The notes beneath the pieces were generated by a model. It saw only the letters and a list, made by a program, of their open reading frames with translations. It had not been told where the DNA came from and made no database searches. Source: Candidatus Marinacidobacterium sp. (GTDB taxonomy: Bacteria > Acidobacteriota > Vicinamibacteria > Marinacidobacterales > Marinacidobacteraceae). Taken from it: 64,000 nt of DNA. A program made the translations under genes and the position numbers. The DNA is taken from contig OZ242011.1 in NCBI GenBank assembly GCA_965204755.1, positions 480,001 to 544,000 of the forward strand, in the 5' to 3' direction. Of the stretch, positions 39,401 to 51,400 are shown piece after piece; the stretch's first letter is position 1, and each line of letters opens with the position of its first letter.

Positions 39401-42400
39401 CCCGCCGTTCAGGTCGAGCGCCGAGGCGCCGACGGAGATCCCGTTGGAGTCGCGGTCCCCGGCGGCCACGGCGTAGCGGAACGAAAGCGAGGTCGTCCCG
39501 CTGCCGGAGACATAGCCCGCGTACCGGACGGCGTTCCCGATCGTCAGCGCCGCGCGCGGCGTCCCGCTGACGGTTACCTCTTCGTCGAACTCCACGGTTA
39601 GCGTGATGGCGTCGCCGGCGATGAAGACGCCGTTCGCGCCCTGCCCGCTCCCGGAGAGCGACGCCCCGGCAACCCTCGGCGCGACCCGGTCCGGCGCCGA
39701 CCCGTTCACCGCGAACCCGGCGGCGTTGACCACCGCCGTCCCCAGGGAGAGCGCCGCGTTGTTCGTGCCGTCCGTGATCGCCCCGCCGTTCAGCCCCAGC
39801 GCCGAGGCGCCGATGCTGATCCCGTCGGCGTCGGCGTCGGCGCTCACCACGGCGTAGCGGAAGACCAGCGAAGTCGTCCCGCTGCCGGAGACATAGTCCG
39901 CGAGCCGGTTGTTCGCGCCGATGTAGAGGGTCACCTGCGGCATCCCGGTAACCGTCACTTCCTCGTCGAAGTCCACGGTTACCTTGATCTCGTCGCCGGC
40001 GATGAAGACGCCGCCCGCGCCCTGCGCCGAGCCGGAGAGCGCCTTCCCGGTTACCGCCGGGGCGCGGCCGTCGGCGGCCGACCCGTTCACCGTGAAGGCG
40101 CTGTCGTCGGCGAGGGCGTGGGTCCCGAGGCCGAGCGCCGCGTCGTTGGAGGCGGCGTCGCGGATCGTCCCGTTGTTCAGCCCGAGCGCCGAAGCGGCGA
40201 CGGCGATCCCGTTCGCGTCCGTGTCCGCGGCCGCCACGGTGTAGCGGAACACCAGCGAGGTCGTCCCGCTGCCGGAGACATACCCCGCCTGCCGGGCGTT
40301 CGCGCCGATGGTCAACTCCACCTGCGGCATCCCGGTAACCGTTACGGTCTCGCTGAAGTCCACCGTAACGGTGATCTCGTCGCCGGCGATGAAGACGCCG
40401 CCCGCGCCCTGCGCGCTGCCCGAGAGCGCCGCCCCGGTTACGGTCGGCGCGATGGCGTCCGTCGCGCTCCCGTCCACCACCGCATCGCCGTCGGTGACGG
40501 CGTGGTCGCCGAGGCCGAGCGCCGCGTCGTTGCCCCGGGCGTCGCGGATGGTCCCGCCGTTCAGCGAGAGCGCCGAAGGCCCGACGCTCAGCCCGTCGGA
40601 GTCGGAGTCCGCCGCGACGACGGTGTAGCGGAAGACCAGCGAGGTGGTCCCGCTGCCGGAGGCGTAGTCCGCGTACCGGACCGCGCTCCCGATGGTGAGC
40701 GCCACCCGCGGCGTCCCGCCGACCGTCGCCGCGTCGTCGAACTCGAGGGTTACCACGATCGTGTCGCCGGCGATGAAGGTTCCCATGGCGCCGCGCGCTT
40801 CCCCCGAGACCGTTACCCCGGAGACCCGCGGGCCGGTGACATCGGATCCGCTCCCGGCCACCGCGAAGCCGGCGGCGTCGCTGACCACATGGCTGCCGAG
40901 GCTGAGCGCCGCGTTGTTGTTCCCGGCGTCCCGGATCGTCCCGGAGTTCAGCCCCAGGGCCGACGGCCCGATGCTCAGCCCGTTCGGGTCGGCGTCCCCG
41001 GAGACCACCGTGTAGCGGAAGAGGAGCGAAGCCGTCCCGCTGCCGGAGACATACTCCGCATGTTTCGTCGCCGTCCCGATGGTCAGCGCGACCCGCGGCG
41101 CCCCGGCAACCGTTACCGGCTCGCTGAAGGCGACGGTTACCTCGATGGCGTCGCCGGCGATGAAGGCCCCGTCCGCGCCCTGCGCGCCCGGCGCCGGGGC
41201 GGAGAGGGTGAGCCCGGTAACCGTCGGGACGACCGCATCCGCCCGCGCCGGCTGCACGAACCAGGAGCCGGAGGCGACCGCGTGGGTCCCGAGGCCGAGC
41301 GCGGCGTTGTTGCCCGCGCCGTCCGCGATCGTCCCGCCGTTCAGCGCGAGCGCCGAAGCGCCGATGACCAGACTCCCGTTCGGGTCCGCGGCGACCACGG
41401 TATAGCGGAACTCCAGCGAAGTCCCGCCGCTGCCCGAGACATACCCGGCCTGCCGGGTCATGGTCCCGATGGTGAGCGCCACCTGCGGGGTCCCGCCCGT
41501 CGTCGTAACCGTTACCGGCTCGCTGAACGCGACGGTAACGATGATCTCGTCGCCGGCGATGAAGGTGGGCGTCCCGGCGAAGACGCCCTGCGCGACCTCC
41601 GCGATGGCGAGGCCGGTAACCGTCGGCGAGGCCGTGTCCGACGCCGACCCGGCCACCGTGAAGGCGCCGTCGTCGCTGACGGCGTGGCTTCCCAGGCCGA
41701 GCGCCGCGGCGTTCCCCGCGGCGTCCCGGATCGCCGCCCCTCCGGTCAGCGTCAGCGCCGAGGCGCCGACGGCCACCCCGTTCGGGTCGGCGTCCCCGGT
41801 TACCACGGCGTAGCGGAAGAGCAGCGTGGTCGTCTCGCTGCCGGAGACATACCCCGCCTGCCGGAGGTTCGGGCCGACGGTGAGCGCCAGCCGCGGCGTC
41901 CCGGTAACGGTTACCGGTTCGCTGAACTCGACCGCCGCGGTGATTTCGTCCCCGGCGATGTAGGCGCCGGCGGTCCCCTGCGGCGAGCCGGCGACCAGCC
42001 GGACGCCGGCGACCCTCGGCGCGACCACATCCGAGCCGCCCCCGGCCACCCGGAAGCCGGAGGCGTCGGTGATGGCGTGGGTTCCGAGGTCCAGCGCCGC
42101 ATTGTTGTTCGCGGCGTCCTCGATCGTCCCGGAGTTCAGCGTGAGCGCCCCGGCGCCGACGGAGATCCCGTTCCCGTCGGTGTCCCCGGAGACGACGGTG
42201 TAGCGGAATACCAGCGAAGTCGTCCCGCTGCCGGAGACATACCCCGCCTGGCGGGTGTCCGCGCCGATGGTCAGCGCCACCTGCGGCTCGCCGGTAACCG
42301 TCGCCGCCTCGCCGAACTCGACGGTAACCGTGATCTCGTCGCCGGCGATGAAGACGCCGCCGGCGCCCTGCCCGGTCCCCGAGAGCGAAACCCCGGTGAC

Positions 42401-45400
42401 CGACGGCCCGACCCCGTCCGTCGCCGCCCCGTTCACCGTGAAGCCGCTCTGGTTCCCCAGGACATGGGTCCCGAGGCCCAGCATCGCGGCGTTGCCGTTG
42501 GTATCCGCGATCGTCCCGGAGTTCAGGGTCAGCGCCCCGGCGGCGACGGAGACCCCGTTCGCGTCGGTGTCCGCGGCCACCACGGTGTAGCGGAACGCCA
42601 GCGAAGTCGTCCCGCTGCCGGAGGCGTACGCCGCCTGCCGGATGTTCGCGCCCACGGTGAGCGCCAACTGCGGCGCCCCGGTAACCGTTACCGACTCGCT
42701 GAAGGTGACCGTCGCCTCGATCACATCCCCGGCGATATAGACGCCGCTCGCGCCCTGCGGCCCCGGCGGCGGGCCGGCCAGCGCGAGGCCGGTCACCGTC
42801 GGCGGGATGGCGTCGGCGGCGGTCCCGTCCACCACCGCCTCCCCGTCGGTGATCGCGTGGACGCCGAGGCCCAGCGAGGCGTCGTTGGCGGCGGCGTCGC
42901 GGATCGTCCCGCCGTTCAGCGAGAGCGCCGACGGGCCCACGCTCACCCCGTCGGCGTCGGCGTCCGCCGCGACCACCGGGTAGCGGAACACCGGCGAAGC
43001 CGTCCCGCTGCCGGAGGCGTACGCGGCGTACCGGGTGGTCGTCCCGACGACGAGCGCCACCCGCGGCGCCCCGGTAACCGTTACCGCCTCGTTGAAGGCC
43101 ACCGTTACCTCGATCGTGTCCCCGGCGATGAAGACGCCGCCCTGGCCGCGCGCTTCGCCGCCGACGCTCAGGCCGGTAACCGTCGGGCCGACCGCGTCGG
43201 CGGCGGCGCCGTTCACCCGGAAGCCGGGAGCGGCGGCGAGGGCGTGGGGCCCGAGGCCGAGCGGCGCGTCGTTGCTCGAAGCGTCCCGGATCGTCCCGCC
43301 GTTCAGCGAAAGCGCCGAGGCGCCGATCCCGATCCCGTCGGCGTCGGCGTCGGCGGCGGCGACGGCGTAGCGGAACACCAGCGAGGTCGTCCCGCTGCCG
43401 GAGACATACCCCGCCTGCCGGATCGCCGAGCCGACGGCGAGGGCCACCTGCGGGGTCCCGGTAACCGTCGCCGCCTCGTGGAACTCCAGGGTTACCGAGA
43501 TCCGGTCCCCGGCGGTGAAGATCCCTCTCGCGCCCTGCGGCGTCCCGGAGAGCGAGAGGCCGGTAACCGTCGGGCCGACCGCGTCGGGGCCGCTCCCGGC
43601 GACCACGAAGTCGCCGTCGTTGCTGAAGGCGTGGGCGCCGAGGCCGAGCGCCGCGGCGTTCCCCGCCCGGTCCGCGATCGCCGCGCCGTGCAGGCCGAGC
43701 GCCGAGGCCCCGACGCTGATCCCGTTCGAGTCGGCCTGCGCCGACTGCACCTCGTAGCGGAACACCAGGTCGGCGCCGCTCGATTCCGAGGCGGAATACG
43801 AGGCGAAAGTGGAGCCGCTCGCGAGGGTGATCGCGAGGGCCGGCCCCCCGGGAACGGAGGTAACGGTTACGGACTCCGAGAAACGGACCCGGATCCGGAT
43901 CACATCCGCGGCGATGAAGGCGCCGCTCGCGCCCTGCCCGATTCCCGACGCCGACACCCCGACGACCGTCGGCGCCACGGTGTCCGCGGCGCTGCCGTTC
44001 ACCACCGCTTCGCCGTCGGTGATCGCGTGGGAACCGAGGCCGAGCGAAGCGGCGTTCCCCGCCTCGTCGCGGATCGTCCCGTCGTTCAGCGCCAGCGCCG
44101 TCGCGCCGATGCTCAGCCCGTTCGAGTCGGTGTCGGCGGAGACCACGGCGTAGCGGAAGACCAGCGAAGCGGTCCCGCTGCCGGAGGCGTAGTCCGCCTG
44201 CCGGGTGGAGCCGCCGATGGTCAGCGCCACCCGGGGCGTCCCGGTTACCCGCACCGGCTCGTTGAAGTCCACGGTTACTTCGAGGACATCGTCGGCGATG
44301 AAGACCCCGTTCGGGCCGCGCGCCTCCCCGGAGACGGCTACCCCGGTTACCGTCGGGACGCCGGTGTCGGCGGCGCTCCCGTTCACGATGAAGCCGGCGG
44401 CGTCGGCGAGGGCGTGGTCGCCGAGGCCCAGCGAGGCGGCGTTCATGGCGGCGTCGACGATCGTCCCGCCGTTCAGCGCGAGCGCCGAGGCGCCGACGGC
44501 GACCCCGTCGGCGTCCGTATCGGCCCAGACCACGGTGTAGCGGAACACCAGGGAAGCCGTCCCGCTGCCGGAGACATACCCGGCTTGCCGGGCGGTCGTC
44601 CCGACGGTGAGGGCCACCTGCGGCGTCCCGGTAACCGTCGCCGCCTCGTGGAAGTCCACGGTTACCGAGATCCGGTCGCCGGCGGTGAAGACCCCGTTCG
44701 CGCCCATCCCGCTGCCGGAGAGCCTCACCCCGGTAACCGTCGGGCCGACGCCGTCCGAAGCGCCGCCGTTCACCGCGAAGCCGGCGGCGTTCGCCACCGC
44801 GTGGGCCCCGAGGCCCGGCGAGGCGGCGTTGTTCCCGCCGTCCACGATCGTCCCGTTGTTCAGGTCCAGCGCCGAAGCGCCGATGCCGATCCCGTCGTTG
44901 TCGAGGTCGGCGACCCGCACCGTGTAGCGGAACACCAGGTCGGCGCCGCTCGAGTCCGCCGCGGAATAACCGGCGCTGCCGCTCCCGCTCCCGACGGCGA
45001 GGACGAGGAGCGGGGTCCCGGTAACGGTTACCGGCTCCGAGAAGCGGACCCGGATCCGGATGACATCGCCGACGCGGAAGACGCCGCCCGCGCCGTTGGC
45101 GATTCCCGAGAGCGATACCCCGGTTACCGTCGGCGGGAGGGCGTCCGCGGCGCTCCCGTTGACCGCGAAGCCGGCGGCGTCGGTTACCGCGTGGGCGCCC
45201 AGGCCGAGCGCCGCGGCGTTGCCGGCGGCGTCGGCGATCCCCCCGCCGTTCAGTCCGAGCGCCGAGGCGCCGACGCTGATCCCGTCGTCGTCGCGGTCGG
45301 CGGCCCGCGCGGTGTAGCGGAACACCAGGTCCGCGCCGCTCGAGTCCGCCGCGGAGTAGCCGGCGGCGGCGCCGCCGCTGGCAAGGGTGAGCGAGAGGAG

Positions 45401-48400
45401 CGGGGTCCCGGTAACGGTTACCGGCTCGGAGAAGCGGACGCGGATCCGGATCACATCCCCGGCGCGGAAGACGCCGTTCGCGCCCTGCCCGGTCCCCGAG
45501 AGCGTTACCCCGGCCACCGTCGGGACGGTTACATCGGTCCCGCTCCCGGTAACGATGAAGTCGCTGTCGTTGGTAACCGCGGTTCCCAGGGAGAGCGCCG
45601 CGGCGTTGCCCGCGGCGTCCCGGATCTGCCCGCCGGCCAGCATGAGCGCTGAGGCGGCGACGCTGACCCCGTCCGCGTCGGCGTCCCCGGTTACCACGGC
45701 GTAGCGGAACACCAGCGAGGCCGTTCCGCTGCCGGAGGCGTAGGCCGCCGGGCGGTTGTTCGCGCCGATGCCGATCGTTACCTGCGGCGTCCCGATAACG
45801 GTTACCGGTTCGCTGAACTCCACGGTTACCGCGATCTCGTTCCCGGCGATGAAGACGCCGCTCGCGCCCTGCCCGGTCCCCGAGAGCGAGTAGCCGGTTA
45901 CGGTCGGGGCGAGGACATCCGAGGCGCTCCCGTTCACGATGAAGCCGCCCTGGTCGCCGAGGGCGTGGGTTCCGAGGCCGAGCAGGGCGTCGTTTTCCGC
46001 GGCGTCCTCGATCGTCCCGCCGTTCAGCGTGAGCGCGGTGGCGCCGACGCTGACCCCGTTCGCGTCGGCGTCCGCGCTCACCACGGCGTAGCGGAAGACC
46101 AGCGCGGTCGTCCCGCTGCCGGAGACATAGTCCGCCCGGCGGGCGTTCGCGCCGATGGTCAACTCCAACTGCGGGGTCCCGGTAACCGTGGCCGCTTCGT
46201 CGAACTCCACGGTCGCCTCGATCTCGTTCCCGGCGACGAAGACCCCGCTCGCGCCGTGCCCGGTCCCGGAGAGGGTCACCCCGGCCACCGCCGGCCCGAG
46301 GGCGTCGGCGGCCGCCCCGTTGACCACCGGGCCACGGACATTGGCGTGACTCAACAGGAGGATTTCAGCAGCGTTGCCGGCGGTGTCCGCCATCGTCGCG
46401 CCGTTCAGGATCAGGCCGTAGGGATAGATTCCGTCCGCGTCGGCGTCCCCGGAGACGACGGCGTAACGGAAGACCAGCGAAGTCGTCCCGCTGCCGGAGA
46501 CATACCCCGCCCGGCGGATCGTCGCGTCGACGGCGATCTGGAACTGCGGGGTCCCGGAAACCGTTACCGGCTCGTGGTACTCGACGGTTACCTCGATGTC
46601 GTCGCCGGCGATGAACGCGCCGCCCGCGCCCTGCCCCCTTCCCGACCACGAGACGCCGGTGATGCCGGGGGAGCGGACATCGGTTCCCCCCCCGTTCACT
46701 CCCCGCCCCCGAGTGGTCCGCGGGCTGGCGGTCGAGGCATCGTTGCCGCCGGCGTCCCGGATCGACGCCCCCGTCGGGTACGAGAAGGCGGGGGTGTAGA
46801 TGGTGAGGTTGGCGGCCGAGTCCGTCGCCTGCACCGTGTAACGGAAGACGAGCGTGGTCGTGCCCGAACCCGAGTGGTAGTCCATGTTGGCGAGGTTGGT
46901 GCGGAGTTGCGGCGTCCCGACGACCGTCACCGACTCGTTGAAGGTGGCCTCGAAGACGACCACCTCCCCGGCGATGAAGGACAAGTTCGCCCCCTCGCCG
47001 AAATTCCTGACGATCGCCCGGGTCATGTGCGGGCCGACCACATCCGACCCGCTCCCGTTCACCACATAGTCGCGGTGGTCGGTGATGGTGTGTTCCGCGG
47101 GGATCCGCAGGTCGGCCGCCTGGCGGGCGCTCCCCTGGATGGAGCCGCCGTTCAGGTTCAGGGCGGATGCCCCGATGCTGACTCCGTTCGAGTCGGCGTC
47201 CGCCGACTGCACCGTGTAGGAGAAAATCAGGTAGGCGACCCCCGACGCCGAACTGTCGTAGGCGGCCTGCCTCGTATCGGCGCCGATGGTGAGCGCCAAC
47301 TGCGGCGCGCCCAAGACATGGATCGCCGAGTCGAATCCCACTTCCACCCGGATCACATCGCCGGCGATGAAGGAGGGGCCCGCCCCCTGGGCGGCCCCTC
47401 GCCCGGTCAGCTGTACATCGTTTACCACCGGGGCCGCCGGGGCGGCGCCGTTCACGACGAAGTCGGCGGCGTCGGCGACGGCGTGGGTCCCGAGGGCCAG
47501 CGCGGCGGCGTTGCCCGCGCCGTCGGCCATCGTCCCGCCGTTCAGGGTGAGCGCGGAGGCGCCGACGGCGATGCCGTTCGCGTCCCGGTCGGCGCTCACC
47601 ACCGGGTAGCGGAACGCCAGCGAGGTCGTCCCGCTGCCGGAGGCGTAGTCCGCCTGGCGGGTGTTCGCGCCGACGGTGAGCGCCACCTGCGGGGTCCCGG
47701 TAACCGTTACCCGCTCGTTGAACTCGATCGTCACCGTTACCGCGTCCCCGGCGCGGAAGATCCCGTTGCCGCCGGAACCCCTCCCCGAAAGCGTTACCCC
47801 GGTAACCCTCGGGTTGGAGGTGTCCGTCAGGGATCCGTCCACGATGATGTCGGGGTCGTCGGTTACGGCGTGGTCGGCCAGCGCGTTCTCCAGGGTGACG
47901 GAGGTGTGCCGCCGGTTCCCGGCGTCGGCGATCGTCCCGCCGTTCAGCGAGAGCGCCGAGGCGCCCACGCCGATCCCGTTCACATCGGAGTCGGAGGCGA
48001 CCACGGTGTAGCGGAACACCAGCGAGGTCGTCCCGCTGCCGGAGGAGTAGTTCGCCTGCCGGGTGGTCGCCCCGATCACCAGCGCCAACTGCGGCGTCCC
48101 GGTAACCGTCGCCGCCTCGTGGAACTCGAGGGTGGCCACGATCTCGTCGTCGGGGATGAACACCCCGCCCGGGCCTTGCGCGTCCCCGGAGAGGGTGAGC
48201 CCGGTAACCGCCGGGGGCCGCCGGTCGCTCCGGGCGCCGAAGCTGATTAAGAAACCGCGGTATTGCGACCGCACATGCGTTCCCAAACCCAGCGCAGCGT
48301 CGTTCTCCGCGTCGTCCTCGATCGTCCCGCCGTTCAGGGTCAGCGCCGAAGGGCCGATGCCGATCCCGTTCTGGTCCAAGTCCGAGGAGCCCACGGTGTA

Positions 48401-51400
48401 ACGGAACTCCAAGGTCGTCGTCCCGCTGCCGGAGGAATAGGCCGCCTGCCTGGTCCCGTTCTGGAGGGTGAGCGCCACCTGCGGCGTTCCGGTAACGGTT
48501 ACCGGTTCGTCGAACTCGACCTCGACGACGATCACATCCCCCTGGGTGAAGGTGCCGCCTTCCTCGCTTGCCTCCCCGATTCCCGAGACCGTTACCCCGA
48601 CCACCGTCGGCGCCCGGGCGTCGGTCCCGTCCCCGTCCACCACGATCTCCCCGTCGGTGATCGCGTGGACGCCCAGCCCCAGGGCGGCGGCGTGGTTCCC
48701 CCGGTCGCGGATCGTCCCCCCGTTCAGGGAGAGCGCCCCGGTCCCGACGCTCACCCCGTTCGCGTCGTCGTCCCCGGAGGCCACCGTATAGACGAACTGG
48801 TGGGTCCGGCGGCGGCCGGTGGCGCTGACCCAGGCGGCGTACCGGGTGGCGGTCCCCACGGTGAGCGCCAACCGGGGCGACCCGGTTACCGCCACCGCTT
48901 CCGAGAAGGTTACGGTCGCCCGGATGCGGTCGCCGGCGATGAGCGCCCCGGCGGCGCCGTTCCCCGGCCCGTCGGACGCCAGCGTCAGCCCGGTTACCGC
49001 CGCCGCCCGGGCGTCGGCGCCGTCGCCGTCCACCACCTTCGGGCCGACGGGCGTATACCCGCCGGGGTCCCGCAGGTTGTTCACGCCCCGGTCGACGAGC
49101 CGCCCGCCGTGCAGCGCGAACTTCGGGCTGCCCAGCGACAGGGAGGTCGTCGCGTCCGCGGTCTGCACCTCGTAGCGGAACCGGAGCGCGGTGGTCTCGT
49201 CGCCGGAGGCATAGTCGGCATAGCGGACGCCGCCGAGGTCGAGCACGAGTTGCGGGTCGCGCTCGAGCCGATCGACGAAGATCGGCTGCGAAGTCCGCAC
49301 GACGAACTCGATCACATCCCCGGCGATGAAGGCGCCCCTCGCCCCGTTGGCCCGGCCGCCCCAGGTGATGCCGACGATGTCCGGCGGGAACGCGTCCCCC
49401 GCGTCGCCGTCCAACACGAAACGGGAGTCGTCGGTAACCGCGTGGCGCCCCAGGTCGAGCGTGCCGGCGTTGCCGGCGCGGTCGGCGATCGTCGCGCCCA
49501 CGAGGTCGTGCCCCGTGGCCGTGACGCTGATCCCGTTCGCGTCCTCGCTGCGGTAGTAACCCACATTGAAATGAAAGACCAGCGCCCTCGTCCCGCTGCC
49601 CGAGTTGTACACCGCCCAAGCGGTACTCGTGCCGACCCCGACATTGAGCCGCGGCCGTCCGGTTACCACCGCCTCTTCGTTGAACTCGACGGTGATCCGG
49701 ATCCGGTCCCGATCGACATAGACCCCGTTCGCGCCCTGCGGCGCCGGCGGGACCGGCGCCAGCGACACGCCGACCACCTGCGGGCCGGCGGCGTCCGCCC
49801 CCCGGCCGTTCACCGCGAAGTCCGCGTCGTTCGTTACCGCGTGGGCCCCGAGGCCGAGCGCCGCGTCGTTGTCCGCGGCGTCCTTCATCGTCCCGCCGTT
49901 CAGCCCGAGCGCCGAAGCGCCGACGCTGATCCCGTCCGCGTCGGCGTCCGCCCAGGCCACCCGGTAGCGGAACGACAGGGAAGTCGTCCCGCTGCCGGAG
50001 ACATAGTTCGCGTAGCGGGTCCTCGTCCCCACCGCGAGCGCCGCCCGCGGCGTCCCGGTAACGGTTACCGGCTCGCGGAAGGCGACGGTTACCGTGAGGT
50101 CGTCGCCGGCGATGAACACGCCGTCCGCGCCGTTCCCGGTCCCGGAGAGCGTTACCCCGGTAACCGTCGGCCCGCCGGTGTCCGTCCCGCTCCCGGTTAC
50201 CACGAAGTCCGCGTCGTCGGTAACGGTATGCGTCCCGAAAGTGAGCGTGGCGGCGTTGCCCGCGGCGTCGGCGATCGTCCCGCCGGCCAGCGCCAGCCCG
50301 GCGGTGTCCACGGTTACCCCGTTCGCGTCCGCGTCCGTCGAGACCACCGCGTACTCGAACACCGGGGTCGTCGTCCCGCTGCCGGAGGCGTAGCCCGCGT
50401 CCCGGCTCGCGATGCCGATGGTGAGCCTCGCGATGGGCGTCCCGGTAACGGTTACCGGTTCGTCGTACTCGACCACCACCCCGAGCCGGTCGCCGGCGAT
50501 GAACGCGCCGCTCGCGCCGGTCCCGGTCCCGGAGAGCCGGAGGCCGGTTACCCTCGGGGCGCGGCCGTCGGAGGCGTCCCCGTCCACCCGGAAGAGGTTG
50601 TCGTTGGTCACCGCCCGCGTCCCGAGGCCGAGCGCCGCGGCGTTGCCGGCGCGGTCGGCGATCGTCCCGCCGTTCAGCGTGAGCGCCGAGGCCCCGACGC
50701 TGACCCCGTCGGTGTCCTCGTCCGCCGCGGCAACGGTGTAGCGGAACACCGTCGAGTTCGCCCCGCGCGAGACATAGGCCGCCTGGCGGGTCGCGGCCCC
50801 GATGGTGAGGGCGACCTGCGGCGTCCCGGTTACGAGGACCGTCTCGTTGAATTCCACCCTTACTTCGATCCGGTCCCCGGCGATGAAGGCGCCGTCGGCC
50901 TTGTTCCCGCGTCCGGACAGCGTTACCGCCTGCACCGTCGGGCCGGCGGTGTCCGCCGCCGCGTTCCCGCTCACCGTGAAGTCGGCGTCGTCGGTTACGG
51001 CGTGGGTTCCGAGGCCGAGCGCCGCGTTGTTGCCGGCGGCGTCGCGGATCGTCCCGCCGTTCAGCGCGAGCGCCGAGGCCCCGACGCTGATGCCGTCGGG
51101 GTCGGCGTCCGTGGAGACCGGGGTGTAGCGGAAGACCAGCGAGGCGCTGCCGCTGCCCGAGGCGTAGGCGGCCTGGCGGGGCGTCGTCCCGATGGTGAGG
51201 GCCACCTGCGGCGTCCCGACGACGGTTACCGTCTCGCTGAACGCGACGGTGGCCTCGATGGCGTCCCCGGCGATGAAGACGCCGTTCGCGCCCCGGGGCG
51301 TCCCGGACAGCGTGAGGCCGGCGACCGTCGGGGCGATGACTTCCGTCCCGTCGCCGTCCACCGTGAAGTCGGAGTCGTCGGCGATGGCGTGGGTTCCCAG

